DNA from: a virus
Strand: one strand, 5' to 3'
Virus record (IMG/VR): IMGVR_UViG_3300020183_000011
Length of the DNA: 64,000 nt
The position numbers were made by a program, and so were the translations under genes. This document shows positions 55,277 to 64,000 of the stretch, in pieces. Every line of letters begins with the position of its first letter. Within the stretch, counting starts at the first letter, position 1. Under the pieces are notes generated by a model. The model was given only the letters and a program-made list of their open reading frames with translations, was not told where the DNA came from and ran no database searches.

Positions 55277-56565
55277 TGCCAGCAGATTCTGAAGTAATAC
55301 GGTTCGCGGGAGACGTCTCGATCGACAAGATTGAGATCATCTCGTCTAATGGGTTTGGTCAAGACGTAACCAATCAAGTCATAGCCATAGAGATGTACGA
55401 GGACATATTCTCTCCGTTCATATCTGGAGTACTGGCATTAAAAGACTCGTTAGACTTAGCAAACCTGTTCCCGTTTGTAGGTGAAGAGTTCGTCAACATC
55501 AAGATGCATACTCCTTCCTTCGAAGGTAAGGATAACATAATCAGCGACCAGTTCTATATCTTCAAGATGTCAAATCGTATCAAGAAGGGTGACAGGAACC
55601 TTATCTATGAACTACACTTCATATCACGTGAAGCCATAGTTGACTTAAACAAGAAGGTCAGTAAGTGTTATCAAGGTAAGTGTTCTGACATAGCTCAATC
55701 GATAATCACAGATAAGATCAATGGCTTGGAGACTGTTAAGACTCCTATCATAGAAGAGACGCCTAACGGGGTCAAGTACATATCAAACTTTTGGTCTCCT
55801 GTAAAAGCATTGAACTATACGGCAGAGATCGCTGTTAACAGGAACGGCAACGCTTCTTATCTGTTCTTTGAAAATAAGTACGGGTTAAACTTCGTATCGC
55901 TCGAGACGTTGTATCAAGCAGAGCCCACACAATACTTCACTTATGATGCTTTCATGAGGGAGTTTACTCCAGACGGCAGGTCATTCAGGAACATAGAAAA
56001 AGAATACCAACGTATCATAGACATCAACATGCCAACCATATTTGACTACATAGACAGGGCAAAGAGCGGCATGTATGCTTCTAAGATGATCAACTATGAC
56101 CTAACTACCAAGAAGTATGTGGTCAAAAACTTTGATATGCTCACCGAGTTTAGTAATCAAAAACACCTAAACGAGTTTGCTGGTGCCTCTAATAATGTCA
56201 TTCGTAGGTCAAACTCAATGGTGTTTGCTATGCCAAAATACTATGGAAACTTTAATAACTTTGGTGACGTGACTAATGCTAGGTCGATCCAAAGAAGGAT
56301 GTCATTGATACAACAAGCAGAGATATCAAAGGTGGAGATAGTCGTCCCAGGTAGGACAGACTACACAGTAGGCAAGAAGGTTTACTTGAACTTGAATAAG
56401 TTTAATCCTACCGATAAGGAAGACATGGATACGGCTGATAACATGTTTTCGGGTAACTATATAATAGCAGCTATAAATCATTTTGTAAATAGAGAGAAGC
56501 ATGAGTGTCATATGGAGTTGATCAAAGACACGTTCATAGTTGATCTAAATAAAGGTGGAAGATGA
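55276..56565 (+). CDS. Baseplate hub protein (gp27-like)
   Basis: YEDIFSP..SG....D, YLFFEN..G.NF.S...L, VPG.....VG, SG.Y.I..I.H; between 53 and 5. Confidence 0.7.
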   Translation: MPADSEVIRFAGDVSIDKIEIISSNGFGQDVTNQVIAIEMYEDIFSPFISGVLALKDSLDLANLFPFVGEEFVNIKMHTPSFEGKDNIISDQFYIFKMSNRIKKGDRNLIYELHFISREAIVDLNKKVSKCYQGKCSDIAQSIITDKINGLETVKTPIIEETPNGVKYISNFWSPVKALNYTAEIAVNRNGNASYLFFENKYGLNFVSLETLYQAEPTQYFTYDAFMREFTPDGRSFRNIEKEYQRIIDINMPTIFDYIDRAKSGMYASKMINYDLTTKKYVVKNFDMLTEFSNQKHLNEFAGASNNVIRRSNSMVFAMPKYYGNFNNFGDVTNARSIQRRMSLIQQAEISKVEIVVPGRTDYTVGKKVYLNLNKFNPTDKEDMDTADNMFSGNYIIAAINHFVNREKHECHMELIKDTFIVDLNKGGR

Positions 56566-58841
56566 AGTTATACACTGGATGCGTAGAGAACAGGAACGAC
56601 CCGCTCAAGCTTGGTAGATGTCAAGTTAGAGTCGTTGGTCTACATAACCATGATAAGAACCAGCTAAAGACTGAAGACTTACCATGGGCATATCCTATGC
56701 AGCCAATAACTTCTGCTGGTATATCAGGCATAGGTCACTCTCCATTAGGTCCAGTTGAAGGAACCTGGGTCCTCATCATGTTTAGAGATGATGACGAACA
56801 ACAACCAATCATATTAGGTTCTATCGGCGGTATCCCACAAGCACAAGGTGCAATAGATCAAGATAATGATCAGATGATATTAAAAGAAGATGGTATGATC
56901 GCGCCGGCCGATCAACAATCAATCACAGATTCAAATGGAAACATAATAAGTAATGATTCTCCTGAAGATAAAATAGAAGAATTAACTGGGTTAAATCCAG
57001 CATCATCATATACATTATCTCAAGCTGGTATCGATGAGATCAAGAGAAACGATCCAGCATTATCAGATACAGAGATACAAGACTATGTAGCAACAAATAT
57101 AGCACCAGCAATCCAATCCACGGTCAAAGCTCCTATCAGTCAATCAATGTTTGATGGATTATGTGCTCTTGCATATAATACTACACCAGAAACTGTAACT
57201 AATTCATCAATGATGGTTGATCTTAATTCTGCAAAATACTTAGATGCAGCCACTGCATTCAATGGTCTAAATCCAGATACTACACAGAAAGACTTATTCT
57301 TAAAAGATGGTATACCAAATGTTGCTGGTGAACTATCACCAGTAGCTTCCGCTACTCCACCAGTCGACTCATCAACTACTAGTTCGGGATTAACTAACGA
57401 CGGTATAGCTATGGTCCTCGGATTTAAAGATCCAAAAGGTAAGTACCCGCTATACTTAAACGAACCAGATACCAATAAGCTTGCAAGACATGAAGACATC
57501 AAGAAGACCATAGTTCGTAAGAAGGAACTAGCGAGGGAGAAAGGTGTCATCTCTGCATTTAACGTGACATGGGACCAATCTCCCGTACCATACAACTCAT
57601 TGTACCCGTATAATCATGTGTTCATGTCCGAGTCTGGCCATGTCATGGAGTTTGACGATACACCAAACTCAGAGCGCGTACACATCTATCATAAGTCTGG
57701 TACATACACAGAGATCGACTCTAACGGTACAGAAGTCAAGCGTATAGTAGGTGACAAGTACGAGGTGCTTGAACGAAACGGTCACCTATATGTTAAAGGC
57801 ACTGCTGACGTCACCATAGATGGTAACCATAATGTCAAGATCAACAATGCATTAAATGTTGAGGTCATTGGTGACGTTAAGATGCACGTTACTGGTAAAA
57901 TGGACGTTGATGTTGCAGGAGTCTATAACTTAAAAGCAAAAGGCATTAATATCGAGACTAGCACTGATCCTATTAACATATTATCAGGCAATAGTGTAAA
58001 CGTACAATCTGCTGCAGCGCAAAACTTTAAAGCCGCAGCAACATTTAACGTTGATGCCGTACGAGTAGACATGAACAGTGGTACAGCTGGTGATGCAACT
58101 GGTACAGGGTTAGATACACTAGAGATAGCAACTCCTGAACTACCAACGTTTTCTGAACTAGTAGTGTTAACTCGTGGAGTAGAAGCTGCAGCACACTATG
58201 AAACACCTGAGGAAGGTGATCCATCAGAGTACATAGACAAACAAATCTCAGATGGTACATTAGACCCTGCCGACAAAGACTTTGGTACTTCTCAAGGCTC
58301 TGCTTCCGCAGCAGAAAACAACGTTGCTCCTTTACCACAGAGCTGTAACATCATCAGTTCTATGGAGAAGTTTACTCCAGACCTAATACTATCTCCACAC
58401 TTTAGCCTTGGCGGGTTAACAAAGGGTGGATCAAGGATGCCTGTGAACCAACAAGGATTAACTGCACAAGAGATCGTATGTAACCTTAAGGGTCTTGCTG
58501 AAAACTGCCTTGAGCCTATCATCAACTTATACCCAGGTATGGTGATAACTTCAGGATACAGGAGACCTGGTGATGTACCTAAGTCGTCTGCTACATCACA
58601 ACACTATTTAGGTCAAGCAGCAGACATCATCATCCCAGGGTTTAACAGAGAAAGACACTATGAAGCTATACAAGCCATCCAAAAGATCATCCCGTATGAC
58701 CAATTGATATTAGAGTATTCTGGTAAGACTACTGTATGGATCCATGTGTCGTTTAAGTATACGGCAAATAGGTTGATGGCGTTTACCATGAGGGATCATG
58801 CAAAAGTTGGTGGCACAGGACAATTTACACTCATAGCATAA
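56562..58841 (+). CDS. 5: Baseplate spike gp5 with lysozyme relic and C-terminal M15 peptidase
   Basis: OB-fold VE.R.DPL.LGR..VRV.G.H, YPYNHV..ESGH..EFDDTP, beta-helix; C-terminal SGYR...SQH..GQAAD...WIHVS. Confidence 0.92.
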   Translation: MKLYTGCVENRNDPLKLGRCQVRVVGLHNHDKNQLKTEDLPWAYPMQPITSAGISGIGHSPLGPVEGTWVLIMFRDDDEQQPIILGSIGGIPQAQGAIDQDNDQMILKEDGMIAPADQQSITDSNGNIISNDSPEDKIEELTGLNPASSYTLSQAGIDEIKRNDPALSDTEIQDYVATNIAPAIQSTVKAPISQSMFDGLCALAYNTTPETVTNSSMMVDLNSAKYLDAATAFNGLNPDTTQKDLFLKDGIPNVAGELSPVASATPPVDSSTTSSGLTNDGIAMVLGFKDPKGKYPLYLNEPDTNKLARHEDIKKTIVRKKELAREKGVISAFNVTWDQSPVPYNSLYPYNHVFMSESGHVMEFDDTPNSERVHIYHKSGTYTEIDSNGTEVKRIVGDKYEVLERNGHLYVKGTADVTIDGNHNVKINNALNVEVIGDVKMHVTGKMDVDVAGVYNLKAKGINIETSTDPINILSGNSVNVQSAAAQNFKAAATFNVDAVRVDMNSGTAGDATGTGLDTLEIATPELPTFSELVVLTRGVEAAAHYETPEEGDPSEYIDKQISDGTLDPADKDFGTSQGSASAAENNVAPLPQSCNIISSMEKFTPDLILSPHFSLGGLTKGGSRMPVNQQGLTAQEIVCNLKGLAENCLEPIINLYPGMVITSGYRRPGDVPKSSATSQHYLGQAADIIIPGFNRERHYEAIQAIQKIIPYDQLILEYSGKTTVWIHVSFKYTANRLMAFTMRDHAKVGGTGQFTLIA

Positions 58842-59359
58842 TGCCATTCTCACCGTCAACATCGTCATTAAATACACTAAATGAGTTTAAGAACTTAAGT
58901 CATACTATAACGTATGTGTCGAGCGGAGGAATTAGTTATCCTGTAACTATAACTGCAAGTGAAAGCAATCCAACTATAGTAATTTCTGGAAACACTATAT
59001 CTGGATATTATTCAGATGTTTTTGTTGGAGAGATAGGATATAGAACAGTTGACGATCAATTTATTACTGTAGACAATTGGCAAGATGTTGAAGATGCAGT
59101 AAATGATGGTTCATTGTCAGAAATATATTACTATTATGCAGATCAAGCAATCAATTATGTTTATACATATACCGCATCTGCTAATAACGAAACTCAAATA
59201 TATACTATTACAGTTACTAATGATTGGACGTATGGAAGAGATCAATTATTACGATATATTAATCCATCACAAATTTCTGGCATCATATGGATAAATAATA
59301 ACGGACAGACAATTACATGGAAAAATTCTGCTGGCAACAATATTACTTGGGCTAATTAA
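58841..59359 (+). CDS. Hypothetical beta-rich baseplate-associated protein
   Basis: 172 aa, coupled to gene 5. Confidence 0.65.
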   Translation: MPFSPSTSSLNTLNEFKNLSHTITYVSSGGISYPVTITASESNPTIVISGNTISGYYSDVFVGEIGYRTVDDQFITVDNWQDVEDAVNDGSLSEIYYYYADQAINYVYTYTASANNETQIYTITVTNDWTYGRDQLLRYINPSQISGIIWINNNGQTITWKNSAGNNITWAN

Positions 59360-59700
59360 TGACTATACCAAATACACTTGCTAACTTATCAGGATCGATC
59401 CAGTTATCATTACTGGATGAAAACTTTACATATTTAGATGGTGCTGTAGCTACTGCTGTAACTGGAGCTACAGGAGTTCAAGGCGCATCTGGAGTAAATG
59501 GAGCTACTGGTATTCAAGGCCCAACAGGTGGTGCATCTGGACCTCAAGGTGCATCAGGTGCATCAGGTGCAAGCGGTGCCACAGGTTCTACCGGACCAAT
59601 TGGTGCGACAGGTCTTGGTGCTACAGGTTTAACTGGTGCAACTGGAGTTGCTGGTATGCAATTTACTGTATCAGGCAGCAGTTTGTACATTACTACATAA
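59359..59700 (+). CDS. Short collagen-like protein
   Basis: G-X-Y repeats (GATG, GASG, GPQG). Confidence 0.8.
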   Translation: MTIPNTLANLSGSIQLSLLDENFTYLDGAVATAVTGATGVQGASGVNGATGIQGPTGGASGPQGASGASGASGATGSTGPIGATGLGATGLTGATGVAGMQFTVSGSSLYITT

Positions 59701-59708
59701 AGCAATAT

Positions 59709-60200
59709 ATGCCTACTCAGCAAATAGATTTTAGTACAATCCAAAATATATATCTAAATGGTAATGAAATTTTTGAATTACAATTAGATAATCAAGTATT
59801 ATGGAAAAAGTATCTATTTAATGGTACGACAACTTTTACCACTTCATATAATACATCAGTATCAAGTACGACTAGTGCTATAACAAATTATGCTACAAAT
59901 TATACAACATCAGTTACAACTTCTAATCTGACAGCTTATTCACAAACTACGTCTAATACTACATCGATCGCTACTATTGTTGGGCAGGACAAAAAACTCG
60001 GACCAATATATGCAAATACTGCTTATTTGACGTATTTTATTACTTCATACAATGAAACTACTTCATATACTACTTCATGGTCTACAAGTAACACAACTAG
60101 TAACACGACTTCATATTTGACAAATTATCTAGCTTCTACTTCTAACCCAACAAGTTTAAATTATAGTACGTATTTGATAACATATATTGGTAAAGTTTAA
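59709..60200 (+). CDS. Thr/Ser/Tyr/Asn-rich repeat protein
   Basis: TTSY/TTSN 4-residue periodicity. Confidence 0.7.
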   Translation: MPTQQIDFSTIQNIYLNGNEIFELQLDNQVLWKKYLFNGTTTFTTSYNTSVSSTTSAITNYATNYTTSVTTSNLTAYSQTTSNTTSIATIVGQDKKLGPIYANTAYLTYFITSYNETTSYTTSWSTSNTTSNTTSYLTNYLASTSNPTSLNYSTYLITYIGKV

Positions 60201-61084
60201 TGGATACAATTAACAGTAGATGGGAAGATGAATCACGGATAGGTAATAATGTACCGCTTTATGATAAAGAAATCTTTTTAGAGATTGAAAAATATATTAT
60301 AAAAACATGTGCTAAGTACGACTTAACCTGTAAGTATAATGTTGGCCCATTAATAGGAGGGGTTCCTCCTATCGAAGATAATACAATCATAGTTAATCCG
60401 TTAGTTAATGCTATAGCATATCATGATGTTATGGGTGGTATCCTGATAAGTACTAGAAACGCTGAACTAAACTGCAGAAATGTTGACACAATATTAGCTA
60501 ATCATATGACAGATGATATATCTGAAATTGTTATTTCTAAATTAAAAGACAAGTATGTATTAAATAGTAGTGATAAACTATATGATAAAGTTGCATTTAT
60601 GCCGGGATCTAACTTATTTCATACAGTTAATTGGGAAAAACTAAATGAAGCTATGATTGATAATCCATCTGCTATGATTAAACTACACCCAGTTATAACT
60701 GAAAAGTCTGCTAAGTCAATTAAGAATAAGTGGCCTGAAAGAGTTATAGATGAAAAAACTAGTGGACTACAGCTACTTAATGCTTCATCTTTAATTTGGA
60801 CTTCTTATAATAGTGAATTTGGTTTAATAGCTAGTTTAAAGAAAATACCATTTTCAAATTTAAGTAAATGGAATGATATATTTTCAATGGTATATGCACC
60901 AATATATAGAAATTTAAAATATAAAGATTTAGAGCATAATAAAGATGTAGTTTCAAAAGTAATTTCAAGTAAGAGAAGTGGATACATATTTCCTTGGCAA
61001 GATGATTGGAAACAGCGAGTTGAAATATATTTTGAATCTATACATAAGTTTAATACTGGAATGGAATATCCATATGCCGAGTAA
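60200..61084 (+). CDS. Hypothetical protein, possibly GT-B / capsule-modification-like
   Basis: IKLHP...LL..S..I.T..NSE.GL.A.L...P resembles KpsS/KpsC-type C-terminal motifs. Confidence 0.4.
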   Translation: MDTINSRWEDESRIGNNVPLYDKEIFLEIEKYIIKTCAKYDLTCKYNVGPLIGGVPPIEDNTIIVNPLVNAIAYHDVMGGILISTRNAELNCRNVDTILANHMTDDISEIVISKLKDKYVLNSSDKLYDKVAFMPGSNLFHTVNWEKLNEAMIDNPSAMIKLHPVITEKSAKSIKNKWPERVIDEKTSGLQLLNASSLIWTSYNSEFGLIASLKKIPFSNLSKWNDIFSMVYAPIYRNLKYKDLEHNKDVVSKVISSKRSGYIFPWQDDWKQRVEIYFESIHKFNTGMEYPYAE

Positions 61085-61883
61085 AGTAATATCACAACAA
61101 TTAAAAATATATTCTGAAAATATAGATCATCATTTAGCCATCAATAGTATACCAAATTGTGGGCTTGTTACTTTATTAGATGATGCTGATATTATCTTAG
61201 ATTCAACAAATAAATTAGAATTTAAAAATATAGATATAAATGCATATTTTTCTAATAAAAGGACTAATATTAAAAGCATGCCGGCTTATGTAAAATATAT
61301 TGATCAACAAAGTATGTTATATCATATTAATAATAAGCAAGTATTGTATTCAAAGATCTCCGTGGTTCCATTCCATGAATTTATTAATAATACTTCATTT
61401 AAGTATTTTGTTGATATGTATAAAGATCAAACATTTGACTTAGTTAAGCTTGATAAAGATGATGAAACTGTTTTAACAACTGATACGCTAGAAAATATAT
61501 TAATCATTCATGATAATTTATTAGAAACAACATTGATAGAAGATGTAATGTTTAGTTCAAACTCAAAATATATGGTCAGAAAAATAAAAAATCCTCAAAC
61601 AAAATATGTTTATGGAGCTATTTCTTTTGATGGTACATCACTCCATATTGCTACTAATGTTAGGATGCCTAATCAAATTTTATCATTGGTTAAATTATTA
61701 TTTGCGGCTTGTGCCGGGTTTTTTCAAATAGAATACTTTGATAATGTTAATAAGTATGAAATTTATAGTTTTAAATTTTCAATGGATCTAGATATTTTAT
61801 CAGATAATATAATTAATATACCTCAAGTGCAAAAAGCTTTTGAAGAAATTTCAAATCAATATGAATTTGGAATGGATGTATGA
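61074..61883 (+). CDS. Hypothetical protein (low GC)
   Basis: Long AT-rich ORF; ATG 61074 chosen to limit overlap. Confidence 0.6.
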   Translation: MPSKVISQQLKIYSENIDHHLAINSIPNCGLVTLLDDADIILDSTNKLEFKNIDINAYFSNKRTNIKSMPAYVKYIDQQSMLYHINNKQVLYSKISVVPFHEFINNTSFKYFVDMYKDQTFDLVKLDKDDETVLTTDTLENILIIHDNLLETTLIEDVMFSSNSKYMVRKIKNPQTKYVYGAISFDGTSLHIATNVRMPNQILSLVKLLFAACAGFFQIEYFDNVNKYEIYSFKFSMDLDILSDNIINIPQVQKAFEEISNQYEFGMDV

Positions 61884-62536
61884 GTAAATTTCTATTGTCT
61901 CTTTCAGGTGGAAAAGATAGTTTAGCTGCTTATCTTAAATTAAAAGAAACTTTTGGTTCTAGTTGTATTAAAACGTTTACCATTAAATCAAACAATGATG
62001 TGGTCTGGAATACAGATCTAGATTTAATAGATGAAATGTATGAAAATAATATAATACTAGATTCTGGCGATAAAGTCTATTATGATGCATTTGGCCAAAT
62101 GCTAAATGATCATGATATTAATCCTAATGAATATTATTTTTCATCAGGAGAATTAGATTCTATAAATGAAACAGTAGACTATTATCCTATAATAAGTAAG
62201 TTTGGGTTTAAAGGATTTGTTACTCCATTCTATGGTAAACCTAAACAACTTGTATTTGATATCTTGCAAAAATATAACTGCGAGTTTATTATAACTCAAG
62301 CCTTTGTAACACCTACAGCTAATATTGATGAAGTTTATTCTAATATTGGTCGTATAGTAACAGCCGAGCAGCTTAAAAACATGTATCTGGATAAGAATTT
62401 TAATTATTTTTTTGCATATCAGACTTTTGCTATTAAATGTGATTCAATAATAACATTAAGCCAAAACAAAATAACAGGTTTATATGAATCTATTAATATG
62501 TCTAAAGATAAAAATACATCAATATTTATTATGTAA
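61880..62536 (+). CDS. PP-loop (adenine nucleotide alpha hydrolase) ATPase
   Basis: LSLSGGKDS. Confidence 0.7.
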   Translation: MSKFLLSLSGGKDSLAAYLKLKETFGSSCIKTFTIKSNNDVVWNTDLDLIDEMYENNIILDSGDKVYYDAFGQMLNDHDINPNEYYFSSGELDSINETVDYYPIISKFGFKGFVTPFYGKPKQLVFDILQKYNCEFIITQAFVTPTANIDEVYSNIGRIVTAEQLKNMYLDKNFNYFFAYQTFAIKCDSIITLSQNKITGLYESINMSKDKNTSIFIM

Positions 62537-62567
62537 TTAATAAATAGTTTATCTATAAGGATATAAA

Positions 62568-62675
62568 ATGCTTGAATATATTTTGTGCTATGCCTGGTCT
62601 TTTACTTTAGGTACCATTTTTGGCGCAGCCTTAACATGGTACCTATTTTATTTACAATCTAAAGATAGAATATAA
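62568..62675 (+). CDS. 35-aa membrane peptide
   Basis: AAGGA SD; MLEYILCYAWSFTLGTIFGAALTWYLFYLQSKDRI; AATAAATA upstream. Confidence 0.5.
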   Translation: MLEYILCYAWSFTLGTIFGAALTWYLFYLQSKDRI

Positions 62676-62678
62676 GAT

Positions 62679-62963
62679 ATGTCAGCAGCTACTAGATTAG
62701 GAGATATTTGCACAGGACATGGATGCTTTCCTCCCAGAGTGAATGATGAAGCATCTGACAATGTATTCATCAATGGCATAGGAGCTCATAGGTTAGGAGA
62801 CCATTGGGTAACCCATTGTTGTACTATTATATGTCATGATGGAGTAGCAGCAGAAGGTTCATCTACTGTCTTTATTAATGGTAAAGCTGCAGTAAGGATA
62901 GGCGACATGATCTCATGTGGGTCAGCTTCTGCAGAGGGTTCACCTAATGTGTTCTTTGGATAA
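62679..62963 (+). CDS. 5.4: PAAR spike-tip protein gp5.4
   Basis: RLGD.CTGH.CFPP, VFING..A.R.GD, GS.NVF. Confidence 0.93.
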   Translation: MSAATRLGDICTGHGCFPPRVNDEASDNVFINGIGAHRLGDHWVTHCCTIICHDGVAAEGSSTVFINGKAAVRIGDMISCGSASAEGSPNVFFG

Positions 62964-62968
62964 AGTCA

Positions 62969-62976
62969 TATAAATA
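62969..62976 (+). promoter_or_regulatory. Late promoter
   Basis: TATAAATA 4 nt before ATG 62981. Confidence 0.85.
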
Positions 62977-62980
62977 AGAC

Positions 62981-63373
62981 ATGGCGCGAAATACCAGAAC
63001 ATTTTCTGATCTAGACCTTAACTTCACTAAACACCCGGTGACTAAGGATGTCGTACGTAAGTTCGACGAAGAGGCTATCAAGGCAGCTGTCAAGAACTTA
63101 GTCTTAACACAAAACTACGAGAGACCATTCCATTCAGAGATTGGGTCTCAGATACGAGGCCTGCTGTTTGAGCCAGCGACGCCTATGTTAAACATAATGC
63201 TCAAGAGAGCTATCGCTGATACCATCATTAACTTTGAACCAAGGGTTAAGCTTGATGAAGTATTGGTGACTTTCTCACCAGACAATAATGAAGTCTATGT
63301 ATCGATATACTTCACCATAGTCAACACAGTTCGACCATTACAGGTTGATCTTATTTTAACGAGAACAAGATAA
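62981..63373 (+). CDS. 25: Baseplate wedge gp25
   Basis: SDLDLNF..HP, ERPF....GS.I..LLFE, NFEPRV. Confidence 0.93.
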   Translation: MARNTRTFSDLDLNFTKHPVTKDVVRKFDEEAIKAAVKNLVLTQNYERPFHSEIGSQIRGLLFEPATPMLNIMLKRAIADTIINFEPRVKLDEVLVTFSPDNNEVYVSIYFTIVNTVRPLQVDLILTRTR

Positions 63374-63374
63374 T

Positions 63375-64000
63375 ATGGAAAATAAAAACATAACCACTGC
63401 TGAGTTAGACTTTGATGCGATTAAATCCAACTTAAAAACATTCTTACAAGGCCAAGCAGCTTTTGCTGACTATGACTTTGAGGGTGCCGGCCTTTCCGTA
63501 CTGATGGATATACTCGCATACAATACCCATTACAACGCTCTATATACAAACTTAGCTGTCAATGAATCTTTCTTGGATTCTGCTAGCAAACGATCAAGCG
63601 TCGTTTCAAGAGCTAAAGAAATTGGGTACGTGCCTCATTCAGCCACTGGTGCTGTAGCTACGGTCAACATAACTGTCACAGGGACGACTTCATCACCTGC
63701 TACCTTGACACTACCAGCATACAGCTCGTTCTCTACCACCGTGGATGGAGTCCAATATACATTTTATAACACCGAAGCCGTATCGACGAGTAAGGTAGGA
63801 TCATCATACACGTTTACAGGTATTAACATCAAAGAAGGTACACCATTAACGTTCAAGTATACGGTGGCTTCTGGAACTAGGTACATACTACCAAACGCTG
63901 AAGTAGACTTATCTACCTTAAGCGTACGTGTCCAAGATAACTCAACGTCGTCAGTTTTCAACTCGTTCGTCAACCAAGAGCTGATCTTAAACCTAGACGA
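63375..64000 (+). CDS. 6: Baseplate wedge gp6 (5' partial, runs off the window)
   Basis: ELDFDAIK.NLK.FL..Q..F.DYDFEG..LS.L.D.LAYNTHYNA...N....ESFLDSA..RSSVVS.AK..GY.P. Confidence 0.93.
   Translation, partial: MENKNITTAELDFDAIKSNLKTFLQGQAAFADYDFEGAGLSVLMDILAYNTHYNALYTNLAVNESFLDSASKRSSVVSRAKEIGYVPHSATGAVATVNITVTGTTSSPATLTLPAYSSFSTTVDGVQYTFYNTEAVSTSKVGSSYTFTGINIKEGTPLTFKYTVASGTRYILPNAEVDLSTLSVRVQDNSTSSVFNSFVNQELILNLD

Noticed and set aside
535-63973. Many short antisense or out-of-frame ORFs in the supplied track (e.g. 535..741, 860..1060, 7380..7694, 19555..19947, 57140..57595, 63764..63973)
   Set aside because: They lie within well-supported genes, lack SD/promoter context and are typical shadow ORFs
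1-64000. CRISPR array, integrase, transposase or stop-codon reassignment
   Set aside because: No regularly spaced repeat-spacer array or mobile-element gene seen; core genes are intact under the standard code and all three stops are used

Overview
A 64-kb segment of a T4-like myophage genome, resembling cyanophage, pelagiphage and Methylophilales-phage relatives. The host is probably a proteobacterium, judging from ErpA/IscU and a PbpG-like peptidase. Core T4-like genes: gp41 helicase, gp61 primase, nrdA/nrdB, RNase H, DsbA, gp33, gp59, gp32, gp16, gp2, gp4, baseplate/tail genes (26, 51, 48, 53, 54-like, 5, 5.4/PAAR, 25, 6) and a tape-measure candidate, plus one tRNA(CAU, Ile2-type). Main accessory observations: (1) a cluster of proteins sharing a T4 capsid-targeting-like N-terminus (M-x-x-F-K-E-Y-L-x-E), including a HAD phosphatase, a ligase-motif protein, cytidylyltransferase-like proteins, a Pol-beta nucleotidyltransferase and a 1207-aa apparent polyprotein; (2) a late curli-like operon (CsgF, CsgG, two curlin-repeat proteins, FecR) followed by a CHASE2 adenylate cyclase; (3) a PlcP/Agt-like phospholipid-to-glycolipid remodelling pair; (4) Fe-S/Dps genes and a low-GC cassette between gp5 and PAAR. 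Regulatory signals: about 15 copies of one early/middle promoter, many NATAAATA late promoters (both often 4-8 nt before an ATG, suggesting leaderless mRNAs), a candidate -1 frameshift fusing gp26 to gp51, an AUU-start RNase H, a truncated groES, structured RNAs beside the tRNA and a pseudoknot upstream of the endolysin. All calls are from motif recognition by eye; no database searches were run.
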